Source: Pristiophorus japonicus (lineage: Eukaryota). From it: 64,000 bases of DNA. Positions 38,990 to 51,100 of the stretch are shown here, piece by piece. The translations under genes were made by a program, and so were the position numbers. The first letter of the stretch is position 1. Each line of letters starts with the position of its first letter. The stretch covers positions 143,778,001 to 143,842,000 of the forward strand of contig NC_091984.1 in assembly GCF_044704955.1 (NCBI RefSeq), in the 5' to 3' direction. The notes under the pieces were generated by a model. That model made no database searches and was not told the origin of the DNA. It was given only the letters and a program-made list of their open reading frames with translations.

Positions 38990-40020
38990 TTGACACATAA
39001 AAGGTTACTGCCCAAGATAAGAGCTCATGGTGTTCGGGGTAATATATTAGCATGGATAGAGGATTGGCTAACTAACAGCAAACAGAGAGTCGGGATAAAT
39101 GGGTCATTTTCAGGTCGGCAAATTGTAATTAGTGGGGTGCTGCAGGGATCAGTGCTGGGGCCTCAACTATTTACAACCAAAATTAATGACTTGAATGAAG
39201 GGACCGAGTGTAATGTAACCAAATTTGCTGATGTACAAAGATAGGTGGGAAAGCAAGTTGTGAGGAAGACACAAAGATTCTGCAAATGGATATAGACAGG
39301 CTGAGTGAGTGGACAAAGATTTGGCAGATGGAGTATAATGTTGGAAAATGTGAAGTTATCCACTTTGGTAAGAAAAATAAAAATTATTATTTAAATGGGG
39401 AGAGATTAAAAAATGCTGTGGTACAGTTCATTGATATCTTCCTGCAGTCTACAGCTTTCTTCTTCATTATCAACCACACAGCCGATTTTAGTATCATCTG
39501 CAAAATTAGTATAATCTGTAATCATTCTCCCTACATTCAAGTCTAAATCATTGATATATACCACAAAAAGCCAGTGACCCAGCACTGATCCCTGCCGAGC
39601 CCCACTGGAAACAGCTTGCCAATCACAAAAACACCCATCAACCATTACCCTCTGCTTCCTGCCTCTGAACCAATTTTGGATCCAACTTGTCACTTTGTCC
39701 TGGATCCCATGGGCTTTTACTTTTGTGACCAGACTGCTGTGTGGGACCTTCCCAAAAGCCTTGTTAAAATCCAAATACACTGCATCATATGCACTGCCCT
39801 CATCAACCCTCCTGGTTATCTCCTCAAAAAATTCAATCAAGTTATTCAGACACGACCTTCCCTTAACAAATCCTTGCTGACTGTCCTTGATTAATCCGTG
39901 TCTTATTAAATGGAGATTCCTCCTATCCCGCCCCCGAGGTTAGGCTGACTGACCTGTAGTGACTCAATCTATCCCTTGCTCCCTTTTTAAACAAAGGTAC
40001 CACGTTTGCAGTCCTCCAGT
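38990..40020. mobile_element. Two CR1 RT fragments joined tail-to-tail (+ 38990-39426, - 39427-40020)
   Basis: RT motifs on opposite strands with an abrupt junction at about 39426. Confidence 0.8.
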
Positions 40021-40489
40021 ACCTGGGATTGCAATGTCAGCATCGCCCCTCTCGGCCAGCTCGGTCAGTAGTGGTGCTACCGAGATACTCTTGGTGATGG
40101 ACAGTGAAGTCCCCCACCCAGAGTACATTCTGTGCCCTTGCTAATCTGCGTGCTTCTTCCAAGTGGTGTTCAACATGGAGGAGTACTGATTCATCAGCTG
40201 AGGGAGGGCGGGAGGTGGTAATCAGCAGGAGGTTTCATTGCCCGTGTTTGACCTGATGCCATGAGACTTCATGGGGTCCGGAGTCAATGTTGAGGACTCC
40301 CAGGACCATTCCCTCCCGACTGTATACCACTGAGCTGCCACCTCGGGTGATGGACGAGTCTGGGACATTGGCTGAAAGGTCTGATTCTGTGAGTAGGACG
40401 ATGTCAGGCTGGTGCTTGACTAGTCTGTGGGGCAGCTCTCCCACTTTTGGCACAAGTCCCCAGATGTTGGTGAGGAGGACGTTGCAAGG

Positions 40490-40730
40490 TCAGCACTGAG
40501 CCTGGGTCCGCTGTCCTAGGCGGTCCGAGCTGCTATTATTCTGCCTGATTGGACGGTTATTATTAGAGACTCAGACCACAGCAGAAATCCCCCGTGCAAA
40601 AAATAACTGAAGAGACTGTCAGATCGGAAGAATGAAACTTCACCCACAGAGGAAGTGAAAGAGGGAGGTTGTCACAGCTGTACGTTTGTTAATGACACGG
40701 GAGAAAACTGTGAACCGCGCTCACAGCCTC
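40490..40730 (+). promoter_or_regulatory. Candidate B-cell enhancer module, copy 2, about 5.3 kb upstream of the V leader
   Basis: GAGGAAGTGAAAG at 40649-40661, CAGCTG at 40675-40680, ACCACA and AGAAATCCCC. Confidence 0.5.
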
Positions 40731-41349
40731 GAATCTTACAGCACAGAAGAAGGCCATTCGGCCCATCGTGTCTGTGCCGGCTCTTTGAAAGAATTACTCA
40801 ATTAGTCCCACCCCCCCTCTATTTCCCCGTAATCCAGCAAATTGTTCCTTTTCAAGTATATATCCAATTCCCTCTTGCAGACCTGGGCCCACAGCATTAG
40901 ACTGCCCCTAACCTGGGCACAACATTGGCATCTCATTCATTCACTGGGTCAGGAAATGCCTGGTGTGGGAAATGGAGTCCAGGGCTCTGAACATTCCCTC
41001 TCCTCTCCTGAGGAAGGCTTCATGCTGGGGTCCAGTTCCATGGGCCCCGACAGCACATTCCGACCTCACCTACTTCCTCATTCCACGTGTGTAAGCCTGG
41101 ACCCTATCACCAGGATATCTGACTGCAGGAGGCCTCACCACTGTGTCCAGCACTGTCCTCACCCGAAATCCACACACAGTCTGCATTGATCTGGGGCCTT
41201 TAACGTGCCAAAGGTCACAAAACACTTCACATCGCTGCTGTAAGAACGTGGGGAGCGGGGGTTCGGGGGACTTTAGGAAGGGTGATTGAAGGCCGGTGTG
41301 AAAGGATGGCGTTCGATGGAGGAGAGAGAGCTGGAGAGGGGGAGGGATT

Positions 41350-43805
41350 AGAACATAAGAAATAGCAGGAGTAGGCCTACGGCCCCTCGAGCCTGCTCCG
41401 CCTTTTAATATGATCATGGCTGATCCGATCATGGACTCAGGTCCACTTCCCTGCTTGCTCTCCATAACTCCTTATTCCCTTATCGGTTAAGAAACTGTCT
41501 ATTTCTGTCTTAAATTTATTCAATGACCCATCTTCCACAACTCTCTGAAGCAGCGAATTCCATAGATTTACAACCCTCAGAGAAGAAATTCCTCCACATT
41601 TCAGTTTTAAATGGGCGGCCCCTTATTCTAAGATTATGCCTCCTAGTTCTTGTCTCCCCTATCAGTGGAAACAGCCTCTGCATCCACCTTGTCAAGCACC
41701 CTCATAATCTTACATGTTTCGATAAGATCACCTTTCATTCTTCTGATTTCCATTCAGTATAGGCCCATCCGACTCAACCTTTCCTCATATGTCATTGCCC
41801 TCATCTACGGAATCAACCTAGTGAACCTTCTCTGAATGCCTCCAAACCAAGTGTATCCTTTCTTAAATATGGAAACCAAAACTGCACGCAGTATTCCAGT
41901 TGTGGCTTCACCAATACCCGGTATAACTGTAGCAAACACTTCCTTGCATTTATACTCTATCCCCTTTGCAATAAAGGCCAAGATTGCATTGGCCTTCCTG
42001 ATCACTTGCTGAACCTGCATAACAACCTTTTGTGTTTCATGCACCAGGACCCCCAGTTGCCGCTGAACTGCAACACTTTGTTATTTTTCTCCATTTAAAT
42101 AATAACTTGCTCTTTGATTTTTTTCTGACAAAGTGTATAACCTCACACTTTCCATTATATTCCATCTCCCAAATTTTTGCCCATTCACTTAGCCTGTCTA
42201 TGTCCTTTTGCAGGTTTTTTGTTTCCTCCTCATATATTGTGTTTACTCCTTTCTTTATATTGTCAGCAAACTTGGGTACATTACACTCGGTCCCTTCTTC
42301 CAAGTCGTTGATATAGATTGTAAATAATTGGGGTCCCAGCACTGATTCCTGCAGCATCCCACTAGTGACTGATTGCCAACCCGAGAATGAACCATTTATC
42401 ACGACTCTGTTTTCTGTTAGTTAGCCAATCCTCTATCCATGTTTATATATTACCACCAACTCCGTGAACTTTTATCCTGTGCCTTTAATGTGGCACCTTA
42501 TTGAATGCCTTCTGGAAATCCAAATACACCACATCCACTGGTTCCCCTTTATCCACCCTGCTCATTACATCCTCAAAGAATTCCAGCAAATTTGTCAAAC
42601 ATGACTTCCCCTTCATAAATCCATTCTGACTCTGCCTGACTGAATTATGATTTTCCAAATGTCCTGCTACTATTTCTTTAATATTTTCCCAACTGTTCTA
42701 TAGTTTCCTGTTTTTTGTCTGCATCCTTTTTTTAATATGGGCAATACATTTGCAGTTTTCCAATCTGCTGGGATCTCCCCAGAATCCAGGGAATTTCGGT
42801 AAATTACAACCAATGCATCCACTATCCCTGTCGTTACTTCTCTTAAGACCCTAGAATGCAAGCCATCAGGTCCAGTGGATTTATCCGCCTTTAGTCCCAT
42901 TATCTTACTGAGAATCACCTCCCTAGTGATTGTGATTGTGTGAAGTTCCTCTCCCCCCTCCACCATAGACCCCTGACAATGCACTGTTGGGATATTTTTA
43001 GTGTCCTCTACTGTAAAGATTGCCAAAAAATATTTGCTCAGTGTTTCTGCCATCTCCATGTTCCCCATGTTCCCCATGACTAATTCCCCGGTCTCGTCCT
43101 CTAAGGACCAACATTTATTTTATCTGCTCTTTTCCTTTTTATATACCTGTAGAAACTCTTGCTATCTGTTTTTATATTTTGTGCTAGTTTACTTTCATCT
43201 TCCATTTCTTAATCATTTTTTTAGTCATTCTTTGCTGGATTTTAAAAGCTTCCCAGTCTTCTGTCCTCCTACTAATTTTGGCCACCTTGTATGCCCTTGT
43301 TTTTAAATTGGATACCGTCTTTTATTTCTTTAGTTAGCCACGGATGGCTATCTTTTCTTTTACATCCTTTCCTCCTCACTGGAATATATTTTTCTTGAGA
43401 GTGATTAAATATCTCCTCAAATGTAAGTCACTGTTCATTAACCGTCCTACATTTTAATCTATTTTCCCAGTCCACTTTAACCAACTCTGCCCTCATACTT
43501 TTGTAATCTCCTTTATTTAATCTTAATATACTAGTTTGAGATTCAACTTTTTCGCCCTCGATCTAAATTTGAAATTCAACCATGATATGGTCACTCATTC
43601 CAAGGGGATCGTTTACTGGGAGATTGTTTATTAATCCTGTCTCATTGCACAAGACCAGATCTAAGATAGCCTGCCCCCGGTTAGTTTCTTTACATACTGT
43701 ACAAGGAACCCGTCCCTTATGCACTCGATCAACTCTTCTTCAAGGCTACCCTGACCAATTTGATTTGTCCAATCAATGTGCAGGTTAAAATCACCCACTA
43801 CAATC
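41350..43805 (-). mobile_element. 5'-truncated CR1 LINE
   Basis: GDFNLHIDW, KSTGPDG and KFADN motifs; CR1 tail at 41350. Confidence 0.88.
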
Positions 43806-43814
43806 ATACCATGA

Positions 43815-44515
43815 GAACTTCCAGCGCGAGCTGCTCCAAGTGAGCGATGGCTTCGAGGTGGGTGATTGGGTGATGTCATCAGGACCCAGGTCGGCATTTG
43901 GAGCGTGGGCAGGAACATCGGCGGACCCAGGTAAAGCAGAGGAGTGGGAAGGTCACGGGGAGGTGTGGTGAGTGATCGAGGTGGAGGAGCGATGAGGGAT
44001 CATGGCTGAGATTCGGTTGGTGATCGTGGCGGAAGTCCGGCAAATGTTTGGTGCGGAGCTACGGCGGGAGATCGTGGTGGAGGTCAGGCGACTGTTTGAC
44101 GCAGAGGTGCTGCGAGAGATCGTGGCGGAGGTGCGGCCAATGTTGGTGGCGGAGGAGCGGTGAGGGATCGTGGTGGAGGTGCGGCAAATGAGGGATCGGG
44201 GCCCAAAAGAGCCAAGGGCCCAGGGGCAGCACGGGCCAGCCCACATTGCGATATGTAAGCGCACTGGGTCCGTGCAGAGCAGGCCTCCAGTCATCCGGGT
44301 TAATCTTTGCCACTGGATGAAGGCCTAGCTCTGTCAAGCCCGTGTGGTGGCTGATGTGCAACGGTCACACATGTTAAAAAAAATCCACGCACAGGCATCT
44401 TCCAGCCCCTCAATTGGAGTTCAGGACTGGATCATTTGGTCCTTCATTGAAACATCTGTGAACTCATTTGGAAGCAAGTCATCCTCGTTCGAGGGACCGC
44501 CAATGATGATGATGA
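43815..44515 (+). mobile_element. RTE-related non-autonomous element with GC-rich internal tandem repeats (partial inverted relative at about 37780-38022)
   Basis: gatcgtggcggaggtgcggc repeats; 3' end gaagcaagtcatcctcg...tgatgatgatga resembles the RTE tail at 23240-23288. Confidence 0.7.
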
Positions 44516-44965
44516 GTAGGTCAGTGAGGTCAGGGGCAGTAGGTCAGTGAGGTCAGGGTTCATATTGGAGTGAGGCAGGGTACGGACACTGCATTTTGGA
44601 AAGTTGGGGTTTATGGAGAGCGGATGAAGGAAGCCAGGAGGGGACAATGAAATAATCGAGTTTAGAGATGAGACTGCACACAGGGAGGTTAAAGTAATAG
44701 TGACCTCAGTCTTTATCAAGACACTCCAGAGTGAGGAACAGGCCTTCGAGGCTGGCTTATATACAGTGCTCCCAAGGGATGCTGGGATTCCTTGGGACTT
44801 CAGGGGATGTGCTCCCTGGTGGCAGAACATGGGAGTGCATGCTGTACAGATACACAACAGAGCCAAGCAGAGCCATGGGTTTCTTCCATCAAGGGGCTGA
44901 AGTAGGGCGGAGATGAGCAACGTTGGAGATGGAAATAAGAGGATGTGGCGTTTGAAGCTCAGTCT

Positions 44966-45263
44966 TTGGAGAACCAATAGGAAGTAGCCATGTTTCCTGG
45001 GCCCTATTGGAGGACCAATAGGAAAGAGCCATGTTTCCTGGGCCCTATTCGAGGACCAATAGGAAGGGGCCATGTTTCCTGGGCCCTATTCGAGGACCAA
45101 TAGGAAGGAACCATGGTTCCTGGTCCCTATTGGGGGCCCAATAGGAAGGATCGATGTTTCCTGGTCCCGATTGGGGGATCAAAAGGAAGGAGCCATGTTT
45201 CCTGGCCCCTATTGGAGGATCGAAAGGAAGGGGCTATGTTTTGTGGGCCCGATTGGAGAACCA
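44966..45263. repeat. 41-bp minisatellite, about 7 copies, upstream of V
   Basis: CCAAT recurs at 44974, 45015, 45056, 45097 and 45138; unit ccaataggaaggggccatgtttcctgggccctattggagga. Confidence 0.9.
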
Positions 45264-45869
45264 GTGGGATGTGGAGTGTGCATCCTTCCTGTTGTCAATG
45301 TTGGATCGTCGGCACCTGATCCCAGCAAAAACCCCTGACCTGGAGCGGGCCCATGGAAGGGGAAAGGATTTGTAGGTGTTCTGAGAGGACAGGATGGGGC
45401 AGTGGGTTAGACCCTGTCCTGTCGCTCCAGCTCACACTGATGGGGTGAGGATCTCCTCCCTCTGCTGGGCCTTCATGAAATCAGCTTTCTGTCCAAACTG
45501 GTCCCCACTGAGAAAAGGCCCTTAATTGGGCAATAAACAGCCAGTGTACTGAGAGAGGCCAAGGGATGGCCACTGTGGGGAATGGGGCCTTACTCCAGGA
45601 GAATGCATTTTCTGGGGTCAAGGGTTAACATCCATTGATGGGGCAGGGCACAGGGAGGTTTACTCTGCATTTCAGTGTGCTGCACCGGAGAGTCTGTGGG
45701 GAAGGGAGAGTGACACAGAGAGTGAAACGGGGAGAGAGAGGCTATGAATCAGAGACAGAGAGGTGTAGAGGAAAGCTGTGAGACATAGGGCAATGAAGGC
45801 TGAGACAGAGAGAGAGAGAGAGAGAGGGTGGGAGAGAGAGTGGAACCGCGAAGGAGATGGAGGGAGAGA

Positions 45870-45975
45870 AGAAGAGGAAGTGAAATGTGCTGACGTGGCT
45901 TTCTCTGGGTGAAGATATTTACATACTGAGGGATGGGCAGTGAGACTCTCACAGGCTGCAGGTTTATAAAGCAGA
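45870..45975 (+). promoter_or_regulatory. V gene promoter: PU.1/IRF composite site, TGACGTGG, variant octamer, TATA
   Basis: GAGGAAGTGAAA 45874-45885, TGACGTGG 45891-45898, ATTTACAT 45917-45924 and TTTATAAA 45963-45970, ahead of ATG 46030. Confidence 0.7.
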
Positions 45976-46029
45976 GCCCAGTGAAGGGCAGTTTATCAGT
46001 AAGCAGGCACAGGGACAGGAGCAGATACC

Positions 46030-46078
46030 ATGATTTCACCCATCCAGCTGATCTGGCCTCTGGCATTCTGCGTCGCAG
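46030..46078 (+). CDS. IGKV: Ig light-chain leader exon (MISPIQLIWPLAFCVA-G)
   Basis: ACCATG start, hydrophobic peptide, phase-1 donor G|GTACC in frame with the V exon. Confidence 0.88.
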
Positions 46079-46265
46079 GTACCAATCTCTCTCCTTCCAC
46101 GTTTAATATCTCCCTGCTGTCGATTTCTGTCCAACTCTACTGACCAGTGATTGAAGGGCAAATGCTGACACTAGAGGAGAGCTCAGTGTCTCGAGGAATC
46201 TCTCATTTTACAGCGTCTTTCTGTGACAGTGCTTACTTCACTTTCTTTCCCCATTTCCCCCTCAG

Positions 46266-46567
46266 GTATCAGTGGGGACATCATCATGACCCAGTCTCCC
46301 CCGGTGCTGTCAGTGAGTGAGGGACAGACTGCAACCATCACCTGTACCGCCAGTGCATCCGTTAGCAGCAGTTATGTTTCTTGGTACCAGCAGAAAGCCG
46401 GGCAGAAACCCACTCTGCTGATCTATTCGGCAACAACTCGTTTCACTGGAACCTCCGATCGCTTCACCGGCAGTTACCAGTCCAACACGTTCACCCTGAG
46501 CATCAGCAACGTGCAGAGCGAGGATGTCGCAGTCTATTACTGTGGGCAATATAGCAGCTCCGCTATA
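46266..46567 (+). CDS. IGKV: Germline (unrearranged) kappa-type V exon
   Basis: Polypyrimidine acceptor ctcag; [34 protein letters not shown]; followed directly by an RSS. Confidence 0.95.
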
Positions 46568-46595
46568 CACTGTGATACACAGCCGTACAAAAACC
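46568..46595 (+). other. V recombination signal sequence, 12-bp spacer
   Basis: CACTGTG + atacacagccgt (12 nt) + consensus ACAAAAACC. Confidence 0.95.
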
Positions 46596-46974
46596 TCAAT
46601 ATACACAGCCCCACCTCCTGTACTGACTCACCCCACAGTTATATATAATATATAATAATGGACACACAGCCCCACCTCCTGTACGGTTTTACACATGACT
46701 GACACACAGCTCGATGGGAGTGACGGCAGGAATATTCAGCTGGAAGCTGCAGTGAATTGGGAAAGGATGGAGTGGGTCAGAGAGTAGTTGGTGCTGTGTC
46801 TTCATCACTGAGAATCTCACAGCTCTACTCTGTACATTCAGACAGCACGGAGACACTGGGTGGTCCCTGTGTCCTCAATCCAAATAATCTCACAAACCCC
46901 CCACTATTGAGAGGGCCACGACTTATAAAACCCAAAGCAGAAACATGATAGGACAGTGAACAAGTGAAATGGTC

Positions 46975-47372
46975 GTGCTCTTTCCCTGCCCACCCCACAC
47001 TCCAGGCCCTGCGGTGCCCACCCGTCGCAGAAGGCCTCAGGCCTACCCTGGGCTCCGTCCCCAGGTCCACCCGGGTGTGGACAAAGCCCCCGAAGGGAGA
47101 CAGGCAGGCAGTGCGACCACCCCATGGGCCCCGTCCAACTGCGACCTGTGGATGGTCACCTCCGACCTGCCCACTCCCCCCGCAGTGGGTGACCAGACCC
47201 AGGAGCAGGCCCACGGGGAGGCCCTCCGACCTGCCCACTCCCCCGGCACTGGGTGGCCAGGCCCAGGAGCGTGGGACTGAAGTGGAGCCAGAAATCGAGG
47301 AGCAGCCCCTTCAAATAGTGGAAGAGGGGCTGCATCCTCTCACACTCCACGTACACACGGGTCACGGACTGA
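46975..47372 (-). mobile_element. Tx1 LINE 3' fragment between V and J
   Basis: VYVECERMQPLFHYLKGLLLDFWLHFSPTLL matches the C-terminus of ORF 53366-54829. Confidence 0.8.
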
Positions 47373-47639
47373 GGAAACAGGTTTCTAAAGCCCCTGAAAC
47401 TCATTATTTTATAATGATCCCCGAGGAACGCCTGTGTCAGCAACACAAACATCTCGCTTGCAGACGGAGCCCGTTGTTCAAGGGGCACAAAGAGGTGAGC
47501 CCTGTGTGAGGGGGACTTTCATTCTCCAGCAATTCCGTGGCCCCAGGGTTACCGTCTGATGGGGCGGGAAGGGCAGCTGGGAGATTTGTCCCAAACACGT
47601 TGGATCTCCCGGGCACTGCCACAGACAGCTCGGACACAT

Positions 47640-47960
47640 AGAGAGGGAGGGAGAGAGAGAATGAGGGAGAGAGAGAATGAGGGAGGGAGGGAGAGTGTGA
47701 GTGAAGGAGTGAGAGAAAGAGAGTGAGAGGGAAGGAAAGAGAGACTGAGGGAGAGAGAGAGAGATAGAGGGAGTGAATGAGAGAGGGAGTGAGTGAGGGG
47801 AAGATGCAGAGAGAGAGTGAAGGAGAAAGGTGAGAGAGAGAGAAAAAATGAAAGAGTGAGAGAGAAACCGAGAGAGCAACAGATAGAGTGAGACACTGAG
47901 AAAGAGACAGAGGGAGACACACACACACACAGACAGAGAGAGGGGGAGAGAGACTGAGTG
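47640..47960. repeat. Polypurine (GA-rich) tract immediately 5' of the J RSS
   Basis: About 320 bp of gaga/gagg/gagt sequence. Confidence 0.9.
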
Positions 47961-47973
47961 AGCCAGGGACGGA

Positions 47974-48012
47974 GGATATTGTACAGCTGTTGCACTGGAA
48001 GCTGTCACTGTG
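47974..48012 (-). other. J recombination signal sequence, 23-bp spacer
   Basis: GGATATTGT (2 mismatches to GGTTTTTGT) + 23 nt + CACTGTG. Confidence 0.9.
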
Positions 48013-48047
48013 GCTCACGTTCGGTAAAGGAACCAAGCTCAGACTGA
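48013..48047 (+). CDS. IGKJ: Single J segment (LTFGKGTKLRL)
   Basis: FGxG motif; phase-1 donor A|GTAAGT in frame with the C exon (A+GC = Ser). Confidence 0.95.
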
Positions 48048-48164
48048 GTAAGTAAACTCCAATGCTCCATTATTAAATCTTTAAATACTGAATCTTTCTA
48101 AGACACAAATGCTGAATATGCGAAGGTGTTTGTTTACATATGATTACACTCGATCCTCCCGTCT

Positions 48165-51100
48165 TTCCTCATCTAAATCTATCAGCATAACCCTCTATTC
48201 CCTTCTCCCTCATATCCCTGTCTAGCCTCCCCTTAAATACATCGATACTATTCACTTCAATCACTCCCTGTGGTAGCCAGTTCCACATTCTCACCACTCG
48301 CTGGGTAAAGAATTTTCTCCTGAATTCTCGATTGGATTTCTTGCTGACTATCTTATATTGATGGCCTCTCGTTCTGTTCTTCCCCACAAGTGGAAACACT
48401 CTCTCTGTATCCACTCTATCAAATCCTTTCCTAATGTAAAAGAACTCTATCAGGTCACCTCTCAGCCTCAAGAGAAAAGAGCCCCAGTCTGTTCATCCTT
48501 TCCTGATATGTACACACTCGCATTTCTGGTCCCATCCTTGTAAACCTTCACTGCACCCTCTCCAGTGCCTGTGTATGGGTTATATAATATGGTGGGGAGC
48601 TGCGGTGAATGAAAGGGTTAATTGAAGAGTGCTGTGTATGACAGGGAGCCCGGCTGTATTCCTTTACCCACACTCCCCCTTCACCCAGCAAAGTATAAGT
48701 AACGAACTGTTACCCACCGTGTGGAGGAGATCTGGACGTTGGCACACTGCGGTCCCATCCCTGCACCATCCCCGGAAATCGCTCCCGAGCCTCCTGCCTG
48801 TCTCAGTGTGACAGACACGGTGTGTGAGACACGGTCAGAGTGTGGGTGTGAGTGAGCGAGCTCGCTGGGGGCAGTCTGTGCTCCTGTCACAGTCTCTGAT
48901 ATAACTGAGCTCAGCCTCAGCACACTGACACTCCCGAGGTCCCGCCTCCCCCAGCTCCAACTCTGATCTGTCCAGCCCCCGCTCACCTCCTGTCCAACTT
49001 CTGATCACAAACAGGGGCAGCAGGGCTCGCAATCCGGCGGCTGCAGTGCTCCAGGGTTGTGGGGAGACTCTCAGTTGCTGTTTCTGTGGCTCGAGTTCAG
49101 GCCGATATTTATCCCGCAACCTACATCACTTAAACATCGAAAATAGGAGCAGTAGTAGGCCATTCGGCCCTTTGAGTCTGCACCGACATTCAATATGATC
49201 ATGTCTGATCCCCTGTCTCAACACCATATTCCCGCTTTTTCCCTATACCCTTTGATGCCTTTTGTAAGCCAAGGGGTAAGCCATTTAGGACCGAGATGAG
49301 GAGAAACTTCTTCACCCAGAGAGTGGTGAACCTGTGGAATTCTCTACCACAGAAAGTTGTTGAGGCCAATTCACTAAATATATTCAAAAAAGAGTTAGAT
49401 GAAGTCCTTACTACTAGGGGGATCAAGGGGTATGGCAAGAAAGCAGGAATGGGGTACTGAAGTTGCATGTTCAGCCATGAACTCATTGAATGGTGGTGCA
49501 GGCTAGAAGGGCCGAATGACCGACTCCTGACCTATTTTCTATGTTTCCATGTTTCTAGAAATCCATCTATCTGCCTCTTAAATATATTCAGTGACTTGGC
49601 CTCCACAGCCTTCTGTGGTGGAGAATTCCACAGGTTCACCACCCTCTGAGTGAAAACATTTCTCCTCATCTCGGTCCTAAATTTCCTACCTCGTATCCTG
49701 AGATTGTGACCACTTATTCTAAACTTCCCAGCCCGGGAAAACATCCTCCCCAGATCCAGTCTATCCAACCCACTCAGAATTTTATATGTTTCAATGAGAT
49801 CCCTTCATTCTTCTAAACTCTAGTGACTGCAGGCCCAGTCGACCCAATCTCTTTTTATACGACAGTCCTGCCATCCCAGGAATCAGTCTGGTGAACCTTC
49901 GCTGCACTCCCTCTATGGTAAGGATATCCTTTCTTAGGTAAGGAGACCAAAGCTGCACATAATACTCCAGGTGCGGTCTCACCAAGGCCCTGCAGTAAGA
50001 CCTCGTTGCTCCTGTACTCAAATCCTCTTCAATGAAGGCCAACGTACCATTGGCTTTCCTAACTGCTTGCTGCACCTGTATGTTTGCTTTCACTGACTGG
50101 TGTACAAGGACACCCAGGTCTCTCTGTACATCGACACTTCACAAACCATCACCATTTAAATAATACTTTGTCCTTATGTTTTTCCTACCAAAGTGAGTAA
50201 CTTCACATTTATCCACAATATGTTACATCTGTCATGTGTTTGCTCACTCACTCAACCTATCTAAGTTTCATTGCATCCTCCTCACAACTCATAATCCCAT
50301 CTAATTTTGTGCTGTCAGCAAACTTGGAAATATTACATTTGGTTCCCTCATTCAAATCATTTATTTATTCATTGTGAATATCTGGGGCCCAAGCACTGAT
50401 CCCTGTGGTACCCCACTTGTCACTGCCCGCCACACTGAAACACACCCATTTATTCCGACTGTTTCCTGTCAGTTAACCAATTTTCAATCCATGCCAATAC
50501 ATTAACCACAATCCTATGTGCTTTAATCTTGCACACTAACTTCTTATGTGGGATTTTTAACGAAAGCCTTCTGAAAATCCAAATACACAACATCCACTGG
50601 TTCTCTATTATCTATTCTATCAGTTAGATCCTCAAAAAACTCCAGTAGGTTCCTTTCAACGATCCATGTGACTGTCTTTAACCCCGTTGATGTTATCTAA
50701 GTGCGCCGTTATCACATCCTTTATAATAGACTCCAGTATTTTCCCTATTAATGACCGGTCTGTAGTTCCCCGTTCTCTCTCCCTCCTTTTTTAAATAGTG
50801 TGGTTACATTTGCCACCCTCCAATCTGCAGGAACTGTTCCATAATCTATAGAATTTTGGAAGATGACAACCAATGTATCTACTATTTCCATGGCTACCTC
50901 TTTTGATATTCTGGGATGCAGATCATCAGGCCCTGGGGATTTATCGGCCTTCAGGCCCATTAGTTTCTCCAGCACTATTTTCTTACTAATAATCATTTCC
51001 TTTAATTCCTCTTGTTCACTGGACCCATGGTTCACGAGCATTTCTGGGAAGTTATTTGTATCCTCCTCCGTGAAGAGATCATTTACCTCAGTGCTGTGTG

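Noticed and set aside
28355-43805. CR1 copies at 28355-30180 and 41350-43805 as part of the inverted duplication
   Set aside because: Mirror orientation, but different 3' flanks and higher divergence suggest independent insertions.
27620-46000. A - strand V or J serving the left C exon
   Set aside because: No reverse-complement FGxG J, RSS or V framework motifs found by eye; a highly decayed remnant cannot be excluded.
46684-46722. Cryptic RSS or D segment between V and J
   Set aside because: Nonamer and heptamer matches are too weak; 12/23 V-J joining needs no D segment.
47437-48036. Long Ser/Leu-rich ORFs on the - strand
   Set aside because: Translations of the GA microsatellite.
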